Shown here one piece after another: positions 1 through 9,916 of a stretch of DNA of 64,000 nt (the stretch's first letter is position 1; each line of letters starts with the position of its first letter). The position numbers were made by a program, and so were the translations under genes. The DNA comes from Parcubacteria group bacterium Athens0714_12 (GTDB lineage: Bacteria > Patescibacteriota > Patescibacteriia > UBA2591 > VMGY01): the NCBI GenBank assembly GCA_007378955.1, contig VMGY01000001.1, forward strand, positions 38,804-102,803. Direction: 5' to 3'. A model generated the notes under the pieces. That model ran no database searches. It saw nothing but the letters and a program-made list of their open reading frames with translations, and was not told the DNA's origin.

Positions 1-768
1 AAAACCACCACACTTTACACAATTCTTAATATTTTAAACACCGCGGAAGTTAATATTTCAACCATTGAAGACCCGATTGAATATAGATTGACAGGAATTA
101 ATCAAAGTCAAGTCAATCCTCGCATCGGCTATACTTTTGCCACTGGCTTGAGGTCGCTTTTAAGACAAGACCCGAATGTTATTATGGTGGGAGAAATCCG
201 AGACAACGAAACCGCCAACATCGCGATTAACGCCGCTTTAACAGGCCATTTAGTCCTTTCCACTTTGCATACCAATGACGCGATAACAAGTTTGCCGCGG
301 CTTTTAGATATGCAAGTGCCCGCTTTTTTAATCGCTTCCACCATTAATGTGATTGTCGCTCAGCGATTAGCGAGAAAAATTTGCCCAAACTGCATCCAAA
401 GCTATAATTTGGATAAAAAACAGATAGAAGAATTGAAAAAAAACTTTGAACTTGATTCCATCATGCAAACTTTAATCAGAGAAAAAATAATTTCCCCAAA
501 AGAAAAAAATTGGGAGTCTCTGCTTTTTTACAAAGGAAAAGGATGTAAGCAATGCGATAATAATGGTTATAAAGGAAGAGTGGGAATATATGAAGTTTTG
601 GAGCTAAATGAAGAATTAAGAGATTTGGTTACTAAAGAGGCCGACACCGACCAATTAAAAAAAATAACGAAAAAACACGAAATGATTACTATTTTGGAAG
701 ACGCTTTTATTAAAGCGAAAAACGGCCTCACTTCTTTGGAAGAAATTATCAGAGTAACAAAAGAATAA
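1..768 (+). CDS. pilB: Type IV pilus/T2SS assembly ATPase (GspE/PilB family), C-terminal part; 5' end lies outside the window
   Basis: The frame is open from nt 1. The EDPIEY motif, the His-box '[11 protein letters not shown]' and a C-terminal tetracysteine (CPNC...CKQC) zinc finger are typical of GspE/PilB and absent from PilT. Confidence 0.85.
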   Translation, partial: KTTTLYTILNILNTAEVNISTIEDPIEYRLTGINQSQVNPRIGYTFATGLRSLLRQDPNVIMVGEIRDNETANIAINAALTGHLVLSTLHTNDAITSLPRLLDMQVPAFLIASTINVIVAQRLARKICPNCIQSYNLDKKQIEELKKNFELDSIMQTLIREKIISPKEKNWESLLFYKGKGCKQCDNNGYKGRVGIYEVLELNEELRDLVTKEADTDQLKKITKKHEMITILEDAFIKAKNGLTSLEEIIRVTKE

Positions 769-769
769 A

Positions 770-2119
770 ATGTTCCAACAAATAAGCCCTTATTCAATCC
801 CCGTCGGGATAGCATCAATAGGATTTTTATTTCTTTCGTCACTTGTTTATTTAAAAAATAAAAAATCTTCCGTAAACATTAATTTCGCTGTTTTTAATTT
901 TTTAATTTTTGTCTGGCTGTTTTCATACGCTATTTGCTATTCAACGCAAAACGATAAAATCGCTTACTTCTTCGCGAAAACAGCTTGCGTCGCCGTATTT
1001 CTGTTTGTCCTTTTTTATTTTTATAATGCTCTTTATTATGGCGAAATGGAAAGGGAAAAAGAAAAAGTAGAAAATATGATTTCTTTTATGCCGGACGGTT
1101 TAATTCTTTTAGATGAAAAAAATAAAATTCTTCACCTTAATCCGAAAGCTAAAGAAATTTTAAAGATGGAAGATATAAATAAAAAAGATTTATCCATGGA
1201 GGCTCTTGTTAATTATCCTTTTTTTACTACTTTTTTATCTTTTATTGAAAAACAAAAAAAATTGCGGGAGACAGGCAAATTGGAAGAAGCTCTATTTTTA
1301 AAAGATGATCATGGAAATGATTTAATTTATGAAACGACTTTGTCTTATTCTAAAGAACTTAAAGGAATTTTGATTATTTTGCGCGATATCACCAGAGAAA
1401 AAGCGGTTGATAAAATGAAATCAGAATTTATTTCCATCGCCGCCCATCAGCTTAGAACGCCTCTTTCCGCCATTAAATGGGTGATAAAAATGATTTTAGA
1501 TGGCGATACCGGAGTAATCAACGCGGAACAAAAAAATCTTTTAAATAAAGGATATCAAAGCAATGAAAGAATGATCAAGTTGATTAATGACCTGCTTAAT
1601 GTTTCCCGAATAGACGAAGGAAGATTTTTATATCAATTTTCCGAGGAATCTTTAGAAAAATTAATTAAAGAAATAATCAATTTAATAAATCCTTTGGCGA
1701 AAAAAAATAAAATTAAAATTATTTTCAATAAATCCGCAGAAACCCTGCCAAAAATAAAGATTGACAAAGAAAAAATATTCTTGGCCATTCAAAATTTAGT
1801 TGAAAATGCCATTAGATACAGTTCTAATAACAGCGAGGTGATTATTTCCGTAAAATATGATAAAATAGAAAAGAAAGCAGTGGTGGAGGTGAAAGACAAG
1901 GGCATTGGCATTCCAAAAAACCAGCAATCTAGAGTTTTTACTAAATTTTTTAGAGAAAATAATATAACTAAAACTCAAACTGAGGGCAGCGGATTGGGGC
2001 TATTTATCGTTAAAAACATTATTGAAGCGCATAAAGGCAAGATATGGTTTGAAAGCGAGGAAAAAAAAGGGAGCAGTTTTTATTTTAGTTTGCCTCTATA
2101 TAATAATAAAAAATTATAA
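770..2119 (+). CDS. Sensor histidine kinase (multi-TM N-terminus, PAS-like region, HisKA, HATPase_c)
   Basis: Contains the H-box 'SIAAHQLRTPLSAI' and the N/G boxes 'ENAIRYS' and 'GSGLGLFIVKNIIEAHKGKIWFES'. The N-terminus is hydrophobic. Confidence 0.85.
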   Translation: MFQQISPYSIPVGIASIGFLFLSSLVYLKNKKSSVNINFAVFNFLIFVWLFSYAICYSTQNDKIAYFFAKTACVAVFLFVLFYFYNALYYGEMEREKEKVENMISFMPDGLILLDEKNKILHLNPKAKEILKMEDINKKDLSMEALVNYPFFTTFLSFIEKQKKLRETGKLEEALFLKDDHGNDLIYETTLSYSKELKGILIILRDITREKAVDKMKSEFISIAAHQLRTPLSAIKWVIKMILDGDTGVINAEQKNLLNKGYQSNERMIKLINDLLNVSRIDEGRFLYQFSEESLEKLIKEIINLINPLAKKNKIKIIFNKSAETLPKIKIDKEKIFLAIQNLVENAIRYSSNNSEVIISVKYDKIEKKAVVEVKDKGIGIPKNQQSRVFTKFFRENNITKTQTEGSGLGLFIVKNIIEAHKGKIWFESEEKKGSSFYFSLPLYNNKKL

Positions 2120-2126
2120 AAAAACT

Positions 2127-2519
2127 ATGCCCAAACAAAATCAAACAAAAATTTTAATTATTGAAGACGATCAATTCTTAAGGGAGCTTTGTGAAAAAAA
2201 GCTCAAAAAAGAAGGTTTTAATGTTCTAACCGCCATTGACGGCAAATCAGGTTTGGAAAAAATTATAGAAGAAAAACCGGATTTGGTGTTGCTTGATATT
2301 GTCCTGCCCATGATGGATGGATTTGAAGTTTTAAAAAGAATCAGGCAGCAAAATGATATGGAAATAATCACTATTCCTATTATTATTTTATCTAATTTAG
2401 GCCAGGAAAACGATCTAGAAAAAGCTAAAAAATTAGGCGCTAACGACTATTTAATAAAAGCCCAGTTTACGACTGACGAAATTACGGAAAAAATAAAAAA
2501 AAATTTAAAAAATAAATAA
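2127..2519 (+). CDS. Single-domain CheY-like response regulator (receiver only)
   Basis: 'KILIIEDD...' and 'DLVLLDIVLPMMDG' with the phospho-acceptor Asp, plus a conserved Lys near 'LIKAQ'. The start is placed at the ATG at 2127 (MPKQNQ); the track ORF beginning at 2022 overlaps the kinase. Confidence 0.85.
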   Translation: MPKQNQTKILIIEDDQFLRELCEKKLKKEGFNVLTAIDGKSGLEKIIEEKPDLVLLDIVLPMMDGFEVLKRIRQQNDMEIITIPIIILSNLGQENDLEKAKKLGANDYLIKAQFTTDEITEKIKKNLKNK

Positions 2520-2545
2520 ATTTTTCTATTTTTAATAATTTATAA

Positions 2546-3643
2546 ATGGCTGATTTAAATTCTAAAAATACAAATAAAAAAAATATTTTTTCTTGGGGGA
2601 TTTTTGGCAGAATAAGCATGAAAGAAAAAATATTTTTTACTAAAAATTTGGCGGTAATGGCAAAATCTGGACTGTCTCTTTCCGTTGCTTTGGAAATTTT
2701 AGCCAATCAAACGACAAATAAAAAATTTGAAATTGTTTTAAAAAATATCAAAGCAAACGTGGAAAAAGGAAATTCCTTGACATCTTCTTTGTCAAAATAC
2801 CCTGAAATTTTTTCTGAAATAACCGTTAATATGATAGAAGCCGGCGAAAAAAGCGGAAAATTAGAAGATGCTTTAAATCAAGTGACGTTGCAAATGAAAA
2901 AAAATTATGAATTAGTTTCAAAAATAAAAAGCGCGCTGACCTATCCCCTTTTTATTTTAACCGTGATGGCAATAATTGGAATTTTTATGTTTCTTTTTAT
3001 TATTCCTAAAATGCTGGCTATTTTTGAAGAAATCGACGCCCCTCTGCCATTAGTAACAAAAATTCTAATAAAAACGAGCGATTTATTTTCCCAATACGCG
3101 ATTTATTTTCTATTCGGATTGATAATTTTAATTATCTTATTTATAAAATTTAAAAAAACAAAAAAAGGAAAAATAATTATTCAAGGAATGTTATTAGAAA
3201 CGCCCATTTTTTCCGAGATAATAAAAAAAATAAATTTGGCTAAATTTTGCCGCACCTTCAGTTCTCTCTTAACAACTGATATTCCCATTGTCCAAACTCT
3301 TAAAATCACGGCCAATGTTCTGAATAATGTTCATTACAAGCAATTAATAATAGAATCTTGCGAAGAAGTAAAAAAGGGTAATTCTGTCGCCGCTCTTTTG
3401 GAAAAAAAACCGAAATTATTCCCCCCTCTCTTAACGCAAATGGTCAAAGTAGGCGAACAAACCGGAACTTTGGATAATATTTTAAATGATTTGACTCTTT
3501 TTTACGAACAAGAAGTAAAAGATACTTTAGACACCTTAGCTTCCTTGATAGAGCCGATTTTAATTGTTGTTTTAGGCGTCGGCGTCGGGCTAATCGCGTC
3601 TGCCATTATTTTACCGATGTATTCAATGACGCAAGCGTTTTAA
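2546..3643 (+). CDS. pilC: Type IV pilus/T2SS inner-membrane platform protein (GspF/PilC family)
   Basis: Two T2SS_F-like repeats with about three TM segments. Its size and its position beside the GspE-like ATPase fit PilC. Confidence 0.85.
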   Translation: MADLNSKNTNKKNIFSWGIFGRISMKEKIFFTKNLAVMAKSGLSLSVALEILANQTTNKKFEIVLKNIKANVEKGNSLTSSLSKYPEIFSEITVNMIEAGEKSGKLEDALNQVTLQMKKNYELVSKIKSALTYPLFILTVMAIIGIFMFLFIIPKMLAIFEEIDAPLPLVTKILIKTSDLFSQYAIYFLFGLIILIILFIKFKKTKKGKIIIQGMLLETPIFSEIIKKINLAKFCRTFSSLLTTDIPIVQTLKITANVLNNVHYKQLIIESCEEVKKGNSVAALLEKKPKLFPPLLTQMVKVGEQTGTLDNILNDLTLFYEQEVKDTLDTLASLIEPILIVVLGVGVGLIASAIILPMYSMTQAF

Positions 3644-3651
3644 AATTTAGT

Positions 3652-5820
3652 ATGAAACAAAATTCTGGTCTTACTTTAATAGAACTTATTATTACTATAA
3701 GTATTTTTATTATTGCCTCTTTGGGAATTTTAGGCCTTTTTTCTTATAGTTTTAAAACGGTCGGCAATAGCAAGGCAATTTTAACCGCGACAGGCTTGGC
3801 CGCCAAACAAATAGAAATTATCAGAAATATGCCTTATGATAAACTCGGAACAACGGAAGGCTGGCCGCCTGGCGATATTCCGTCTTCTCAAATAATAAAT
3901 CAAAACAAAATTAATTATACCATTCAAACGATTATTGAATATGTTGATGACCCTTATGACTCCCTATTCCCCGATGATACGACCGGAAATGATTACAAAA
4001 AAGCGGAAGTAATGGTTAGTTGGGATAAATTTTTTTCTATAAATCCAGTTAAGCTGACTACTAATGTCTGCGCCAAAGGATTAGAAATTCCTAATGGCGC
4101 CGGCGGCTTAAAAATTAATCTTTTTGACAATAATGGCAATCCGGTAAGTCAAGCTTCTGTTAAAATAGAAAATCTTGCTCTTGACCCAAATATTAAGATT
4201 AATAGAGAAACTAATAATGCGGGAATTTTGCAAATTTTAGACCTTCCTCCTTCCGGGGAAAATTATCATATCATTGTTTCCAAAGAGGGATACTCGCAAG
4301 ACTATACCATCGCGCCAGACTCTTTAGGCGCCTCTACTCCGCTTCAGCCAGATTTAAGAGTAATTGAGAAAGAGTTGACTGAAAAAACTTTTTCCATTGA
4401 TAAAATCAGCAGCTTAAAAATATCTACTTTAACAAAATATTGCTCTTCTGTTCCAAATATTTCTTTTAATATGCGAGGACAAAAATTAATCGGCCGAGAC
4501 CCCGATGTCTTTAAATATTACCAGAATTTAAGCACAAATAGTTCAGGAGAGTTAATTATTGATAATTTAGAATTTGATACTTATAATATAGCTTTAAACT
4601 CTCTGGCTTATGATCTTGCCGGCGCTAATCCCTTAATACCTTTGATACTCTTGCCTAATACCAACCAAAATTTTTATTTTATTTTAAAGCCTCATCAAGC
4701 TCATACTCTTTTAGCGACAGTTAAAGATAACAGCACGGGCTTAGTTTTATCGGGAGCGGAAGTAAAACTATCTAAAATCGGCTATGAAGAAACTTTAATC
4801 ACCGGCAAAGGCATTTGGCGGCAAACTGATTGGCAAGGAGGAAGCGGACAAGAAAATTGGGAGGAAGAAGATATGTATTTTGATGATGATGGAAATATTA
4901 ACACTAATAATTCTGAAGAAATGAAATTAGCTGGTGGCCATACTCAGCAAAATTTTAACGAAACATTTGATGACGCGGCTTATGAAAATTTTTCCGCCAC
5001 CACGGCTGATTGGAACACTACTTTAAAAGAATTAAGATTGCCTAAAATAGGAACGGACTTTTCTTCTTCCGCCACCGGGGAATCGCTAAAAATAAATTCC
5101 GCCGCTTATACGATTACTAAGGCTTATTTAAATGCCAGCCATACGTTAAACGGCGAAACAATAAATTATTATTTATCCGCTAATGGAGGCATTGATTGGG
5201 AAAATGTAATTTCCGGCGTTGAATATATTTTTATTAATCAAGGCAATGATTTGCGATGGAAAGCGGAATTATCCACGAATACTGTTTCTATCACGCCTTC
5301 TATTCAAAGCATCTCTATTAATTACACTGATTCAAATCCTTTTGCTAATAATGGCTTCTTAATATCTTCTTCTTATGATACCGGCACAAATAAAACGATT
5401 TGGGGCAATTTAAGCTGGGAACCTCAAAATCAAGCAATAGAATTAGGAGAATCACCAATAAAATTTCAAATTGCCGCGAATAATGACAAGGCGACTTGGA
5501 ATTTTAAAGGGCCTGATGGCACTGAAGAAACTTTTTATACCAGCCCGGACGCCTCTATTAATCCCATCCATAACAATCATCAATATATAAGATACAAAAT
5601 TTTACTTTCTACTGAAAACTCTTCTTTCAGCCCGATTGTTTCGGATATTACCATTGACTTTACTTCCGGCTGCAGCACCCCGGGTCAAGTCTTTTTTTCT
5701 CCTTTGGAAGAAACGGCTTACGATTTAGATATAAGCTTGGCGGGATATCAAGGTTATTTTGAAAGCATAAATGTTTCCGGAAATAATTCCACGAAAATTT
5801 TTTTAAATCCAAATCCATAA
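3652..5820 (+). CDS. Large pilin-like protein with a prepilin-type N-terminal cleavage/methylation domain
   Basis: The N-terminus 'GLTLIELIITISIFIIASLGILG' is a class III signal (G/LTLIE, Glu at +5). The 700-aa tail is Ser/Thr/Asn-rich. Confidence 0.7.
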   Translation: MKQNSGLTLIELIITISIFIIASLGILGLFSYSFKTVGNSKAILTATGLAAKQIEIIRNMPYDKLGTTEGWPPGDIPSSQIINQNKINYTIQTIIEYVDDPYDSLFPDDTTGNDYKKAEVMVSWDKFFSINPVKLTTNVCAKGLEIPNGAGGLKINLFDNNGNPVSQASVKIENLALDPNIKINRETNNAGILQILDLPPSGENYHIIVSKEGYSQDYTIAPDSLGASTPLQPDLRVIEKELTEKTFSIDKISSLKISTLTKYCSSVPNISFNMRGQKLIGRDPDVFKYYQNLSTNSSGELIIDNLEFDTYNIALNSLAYDLAGANPLIPLILLPNTNQNFYFILKPHQAHTLLATVKDNSTGLVLSGAEVKLSKIGYEETLITGKGIWRQTDWQGGSGQENWEEEDMYFDDDGNINTNNSEEMKLAGGHTQQNFNETFDDAAYENFSATTADWNTTLKELRLPKIGTDFSSSATGESLKINSAAYTITKAYLNASHTLNGETINYYLSANGGIDWENVISGVEYIFINQGNDLRWKAELSTNTVSITPSIQSISINYTDSNPFANNGFLISSSYDTGTNKTIWGNLSWEPQNQAIELGESPIKFQIAANNDKATWNFKGPDGTEETFYTSPDASINPIHNNHQYIRYKILLSTENSSFSPIVSDITIDFTSGCSTPGQVFFSPLEETAYDLDISLAGYQGYFESINVSGNNSTKIFLNPNP

Positions 5821-5866
5821 AAAGCTATAAATTCCAAACTCTAAATTTAAAATTTTATAAATAATT

Positions 5867-6760
5867 ATGTCTAAATTTTATTTTTCCATTTTAACTTTAA
5901 TAGTAATTATCGGGGCTGTGACAGCGGCAACTATTTTTAAAATTAAAACCTCGGAAAAAAATAAATCTAATTCGGTCGTAATTTCTCAATCCAGTTCTCT
6001 TGAAGAAATCAATGAACTAATCGCCCAAGCTAATAATTACGAAGCTAAATTAAAAATTATCGCTCCTTCAGATAAAACTTACCTGGGCTACGTTTATGTT
6101 TCTTCCGATAAAATAAAAATTTCTTATCAAATAAAAGAAAAAATATTTTTTTCCGTGTCTGATTTAAATAAAAATGAAATTATAAATTATGAATTAAAAA
6201 ACAAAACAGGCGTTAAAATGCCTGTTCAAACTGAAAAAAAAGAAACTCTTTTTAAAAAATTGCCCGTGGGAGCGAAAATAATCAAAGAAAATGAAATATT
6301 CAATAATCTTAATTGCTGGGTAGTGGAAATTAAAAAGGGAAATGAAATAGAAACCTTATGGATTTCTAAAGACGACGGCATTATTATTAAAAAAGAAATC
6401 ATCAACTTTTTAGGAACAACTATCTTTGAATTAACAGAAATTGAAAATAAAGAAATAACGGAAAAAGAAACGGAAATACCTGAAGGAATAGAAATCATGG
6501 ATTTAACCTCTGAAGAATTTATTTCTTTTGTCCAAGAAAATCCAAATGATGCCGCTATTATCACTTCCTTGCCTTCCCTGCCCGCTTCTTCTGTAGAACC
6601 GGCCATTTCTCCTTATTTATCAACTGAATTCACGGGACAGTCAATACCAACTCTTAAAGAACAAGAATTCACAAATAGTTCTTATCCGAATGTCTTTGAT
6701 GAAGGAATTTATGAAGAAACTAATCCTCACCTGCCTTCGGAAATCATCCCATCATATTAA
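5867..6760 (+). CDS. Hypothetical membrane-anchored protein within the pilus cluster
   Basis: The ORF has a single N-terminal TM helix and shows uniform codon usage. I recognise no motif. Confidence 0.4.
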   Translation: MSKFYFSILTLIVIIGAVTAATIFKIKTSEKNKSNSVVISQSSSLEEINELIAQANNYEAKLKIIAPSDKTYLGYVYVSSDKIKISYQIKEKIFFSVSDLNKNEIINYELKNKTGVKMPVQTEKKETLFKKLPVGAKIIKENEIFNNLNCWVVEIKKGNEIETLWISKDDGIIIKKEIINFLGTTIFELTEIENKEITEKETEIPEGIEIMDLTSEEFISFVQENPNDAAIITSLPSLPASSVEPAISPYLSTEFTGQSIPTLKEQEFTNSSYPNVFDEGIYEETNPHLPSEIIPSY

Positions 6761-6780
6761 ATCAATATTAATATAAAATT

Positions 6781-7374
6781 ATGCGCGGCTTTACTTTAAC
6801 AGAAATTATTATCGCAGTCTCTTTGCTAACTTTAGTCGTTTTAATGGTGTGTTCTTTTATAATTCAAAGTTACAGAACATGGGATTTAATTCAAATACAA
6901 GGCGGCGCGCAAGAACAAATAAAAACCGAACTTAATAAAATAACCAAAGAAATGAGAAAAGCGCAAATGGCTGAAACAGGCGCTTATCCCATAAAAGAAG
7001 CTTCTCCCCTTTCTCTGACATTTTACGCTAATATTGACTCTGATCCGGAAATCGAACAAATCCGATATTTCCCGCAAGGAACAAATCTAATAAAAGGAAT
7101 TATTAAGCCGACTGGCAATCCGCCCGCTTATTCTTCGGAAGAACAAAATAAAATTATCGCTTCTTCAGTAAGAAATGATGATGAAAATCCAATTTTCAGT
7201 TATTTTGATGAAAATTATACTGGCGCGGAAGAGCCGCTTTCTTATCCTTTGGAAATAAATCAAATCAGATTAATAAAAATAAATTTAATTGTGGACGTTG
7301 ACACGGAAAAAAATCCTCCGCCTTATATCTTGGAAACAGAAGTTAATCTGCGAAACCTAAAAACAAATATCTAA
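6781..7374 (+). CDS. Prepilin-type (pseudo)pilin
   Basis: 'MRGFTLTEIIIAVSLLTLVVLMV' is a canonical G|FTLxE prepilin leader followed by a hydrophobic helix. Confidence 0.65.
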   Translation: MRGFTLTEIIIAVSLLTLVVLMVCSFIIQSYRTWDLIQIQGGAQEQIKTELNKITKEMRKAQMAETGAYPIKEASPLSLTFYANIDSDPEIEQIRYFPQGTNLIKGIIKPTGNPPAYSSEEQNKIIASSVRNDDENPIFSYFDENYTGAEEPLSYPLEINQIRLIKINLIVDVDTEKNPPPYILETEVNLRNLKTNI

Positions 7375-7383
7375 TTTAACGTT

Positions 7384-8772
7384 ATGTTAATAAAAAATCG
7401 AAAAATTTATTTATCCGGTTCTACCTTGGTTTTATCTATTGTTTTTATTGCCATTTTTCTGACTTTAAGCATTTCCGCTTTAAATTGGGTTTTGTTGCAA
7501 AATAAAAAAAGTTTTCGCGACCAAATAAAAGAAAAAGTTTTCGCGATTGCTGAAGCAGGCATAGATTATTATCACTGGCATTTAGCTCATGACCCTCAGG
7601 ACTATCAAGATGGAACTGGCGAGCCGGGACCGTATATTCATGATTATTATGATATCAACGGCAATTTAATCGGCAAATTTGAGTTAGAAATAATACCCCC
7701 GCAAATTGGCTCTACGATCGTCACTGTTAAATCTACCGGTTATTTAATTTCACAACCTCAAATTAAAAGAACAATTGCCACCAAACAAGGCATCCCCTCT
7801 CTCACAACTTACGCGGTAATAGCTAATGACAATATGCGATTCGGCCCTGACACTGAAACTTACGGAAAAGTCCATTCTAATGGAGGAATTAGGTTTGACG
7901 GGGTGGCTCATAATATTGTCTCAAGCTATAAAGAAACTTACACCGACCCTGACAGCGGCTTAACCAAACCAGGCGTTTGGACGGCTTTGCCTAATGAGAA
8001 CGAAGTCTTTTTAGCCGGCAAAAAATATCCCGCGCCTTTAGTGGATTTCAATAAAATCACTAAAGATTTAAATGATATTAAATCTGACGCGCAAGCTAAC
8101 GGAATTTATCTTCCTCCTTCGGGAAATAGAGGTTATTATATCCATTTGCGCGATGACCAAAAATTGGATATTTACAAAGTTACCGGCGTAAGCTCTCAAT
8201 GCGATGGTAAGGATACCGACCGAATTAATAATAAAAAAACTTTTACTTATCAAGGAGAAAGTTCTATTGGCATAGCGATGCCTGTTAATGGCTTAATATT
8301 TGTGGAAGATAAGCTTTGGATTGACGGCAAAATAAATAATAATCGCTTAACTATTGCTGTCGGATTTTCCACCAGCAATGACATTATTATTAATAATGAC
8401 CTTACTTATACTAATTATGACGGCAGTGATAGTTTGGGATTGATCGCCCAAAATAATATCAGCGTTGGACTCTACAGCGAAAATGATTTAGAAATTAACG
8501 GCGCTTTATTCGCGCAAACCGGAAGAGTGGGAAGAAATTATTTTCCTTCTAATTGCAGTTCTACTTATTATAAAAGAAATTCCCTCACTTTAAGAGGCGC
8601 GTTGGGCACTAATAAAAGATATGGCTTTCGTTGGGTATGCGGGGGTTCGTACTGTTCCGGCTACGAATACCGCTATCTTACTTTTGACGAAAATCTAATT
8701 TTTATGCCGCCGCCTTCTTTTCCTACGGCGCCTACTTCCACTTACTCTATTATTTCTTGGATTGAAGAATAA
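7384..8772 (+). CDS. Hypothetical N-terminally anchored protein, possibly a PilX-like minor pilin
   Basis: It has an N-terminal TM helix but no clear Glu+5 motif. It is the last gene of the pilus cluster, and a strong palindrome follows the stop codon. Confidence 0.4.
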   Translation: MLIKNRKIYLSGSTLVLSIVFIAIFLTLSISALNWVLLQNKKSFRDQIKEKVFAIAEAGIDYYHWHLAHDPQDYQDGTGEPGPYIHDYYDINGNLIGKFELEIIPPQIGSTIVTVKSTGYLISQPQIKRTIATKQGIPSLTTYAVIANDNMRFGPDTETYGKVHSNGGIRFDGVAHNIVSSYKETYTDPDSGLTKPGVWTALPNENEVFLAGKKYPAPLVDFNKITKDLNDIKSDAQANGIYLPPSGNRGYYIHLRDDQKLDIYKVTGVSSQCDGKDTDRINNKKTFTYQGESSIGIAMPVNGLIFVEDKLWIDGKINNNRLTIAVGFSTSNDIIINNDLTYTNYDGSDSLGLIAQNNISVGLYSENDLEINGALFAQTGRVGRNYFPSNCSSTYYKRNSLTLRGALGTNKRYGFRWVCGGSYCSGYEYRYLTFDENLIFMPPPSFPTAPTSTYSIISWIEE

Positions 8773-8784
8773 TTTTTTCAAAAA

Positions 8785-8815
8785 GAAAATGTCAAGGTTG
8801 AACCTTGACATTTTC
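8785..8815. terminator. Perfect 15-bp-arm palindrome between convergent genes (bidirectional terminator-like)
   Basis: The sequence is GAAAATGTCAAGGTT|GAACCTTGACATTTTC, followed by a T-rich run. Confidence 0.5.
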
Positions 8816-8886
8816 TTGAATAAAATACAAAAATAGTAGGTTTGTAATTCGTAAAATATAATGAGTTTTGCAACCATCTCAATAAC

Positions 8887-9882
8887 TTAACCAATATATT
8901 CCGCCAACTCCACTAATCTGCAGGCATAAGCCCATTCATTATCATACCAAGCGACAACTTTTACTAAATTATTTTTAGCCATCGTCAGAGCAAGGTCTAC
9001 AATGGAAGACTTGTCATTTCCTTTATAATCCATAGATACTAACGGCTCATCGCTGACATCTAAAATTCCTTTTAATTCTTTCTCTTGCGCTTTAATAAAA
9101 GCCTTATTAACTTGTTCGGCCGTGGCGTCATTGTTAATTATCGCTTGAAAATCAATAATTGAGACAGTCGGCGTCGGCACGCGCAAGGCAATGCCATCTA
9201 ATTTTCCTTTTAATTCGGGAATTGTTTTTTCCACTGTTTTTGCCGCGCCGGTAGTAGTGGGGATAATTGACAGACCTGCCGCTCTAGCTCGCCGCAAATC
9301 TTTATGCGGCAAATCTAAAATTTTTTGGTCATTGGTATAGCTATGGATTGTCGTCATAAATCCTTGTTTAATGCCAAAATTCTGATGCAAAACTTTTACC
9401 ACCGGCGCCAAACAATTAGTCGTGCAAGAACCGCAGGAAATAATTTTTTCCTTTGAATTATATTTTTTTTCATTAACTCCCAAAACATAAGTGGGAATAT
9501 CATGGCTTTTTGAAGGCGCGCTAATAATTACTTTTTTTGCTCCGGCTTTTAAATGTTTCTCCGCTTCTTCTTTTAAAGTAAATCTGCCCGTGCACTCCAA
9601 AACAATATCTATGCCCAATCTTTTCCAAGGTAATTTTTCCGGGTCGCTTTCGGCAAATACTTTGATTTTTTTACCATTGATTATTAAATATTCTTTATCA
9701 AAATTAATTTCTTTTTCATACTTGCCGTATAAAGAATCGTATTTCAACAAATGGGCAAGTGTTTTATTGTCCGTCAAATCATTAATGGCGGTTATTTCCA
9801 AATTTTTTTTAGTTAAAATGGCTTTTAAGCTTTGCCTACCTACTCTGCCAAAGCCATTGATGGCGATTTTTATTTTTTTCAT
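8887..9882 (-). CDS. gap: Glyceraldehyde-3-phosphate dehydrogenase, type I
   Basis: 'INGFGRVGR' NAD-binding N-terminus and the 'SCTTNCLAP' active-site Cys; 331 aa. Confidence 0.92.
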   Translation of the reverse strand: MKKIKIAINGFGRVGRQSLKAILTKKNLEITAINDLTDNKTLAHLLKYDSLYGKYEKEINFDKEYLIINGKKIKVFAESDPEKLPWKRLGIDIVLECTGRFTLKEEAEKHLKAGAKKVIISAPSKSHDIPTYVLGVNEKKYNSKEKIISCGSCTTNCLAPVVKVLHQNFGIKQGFMTTIHSYTNDQKILDLPHKDLRRARAAGLSIIPTTTGAAKTVEKTIPELKGKLDGIALRVPTPTVSIIDFQAIINNDATAEQVNKAFIKAQEKELKGILDVSDEPLVSMDYKGNDKSSIVDLALTMAKNNLVKVVAWYDNEWAYACRLVELAEYIG

Positions 9883-9916
9883 ATTTTGTTTAAAATTTAA
9901 TATTCTTAAGTATTAA

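Noticed and set aside
2022-2126. N-terminal extension of the response-regulator ORF as given in the track (start at 2022)
   Set aside because: It overlaps the 3' end of the kinase gene by about 100 nt in another frame. The ATG at 2127 gives a canonical receiver N-terminus (KILIIEDD).
9491-9916. Many >60-aa antisense or overlapping track ORFs (for example 9491..9916, 36259..36885, 38336..39067, 47368..47997, 51888..52673, 60314..60660, 26622..27062)
   Set aside because: Each lies wholly inside a longer ORF on the opposite strand that carries clear conserved motifs. They have low-complexity or Cys/Pro-rich translations typical of reverse-strand artefacts.
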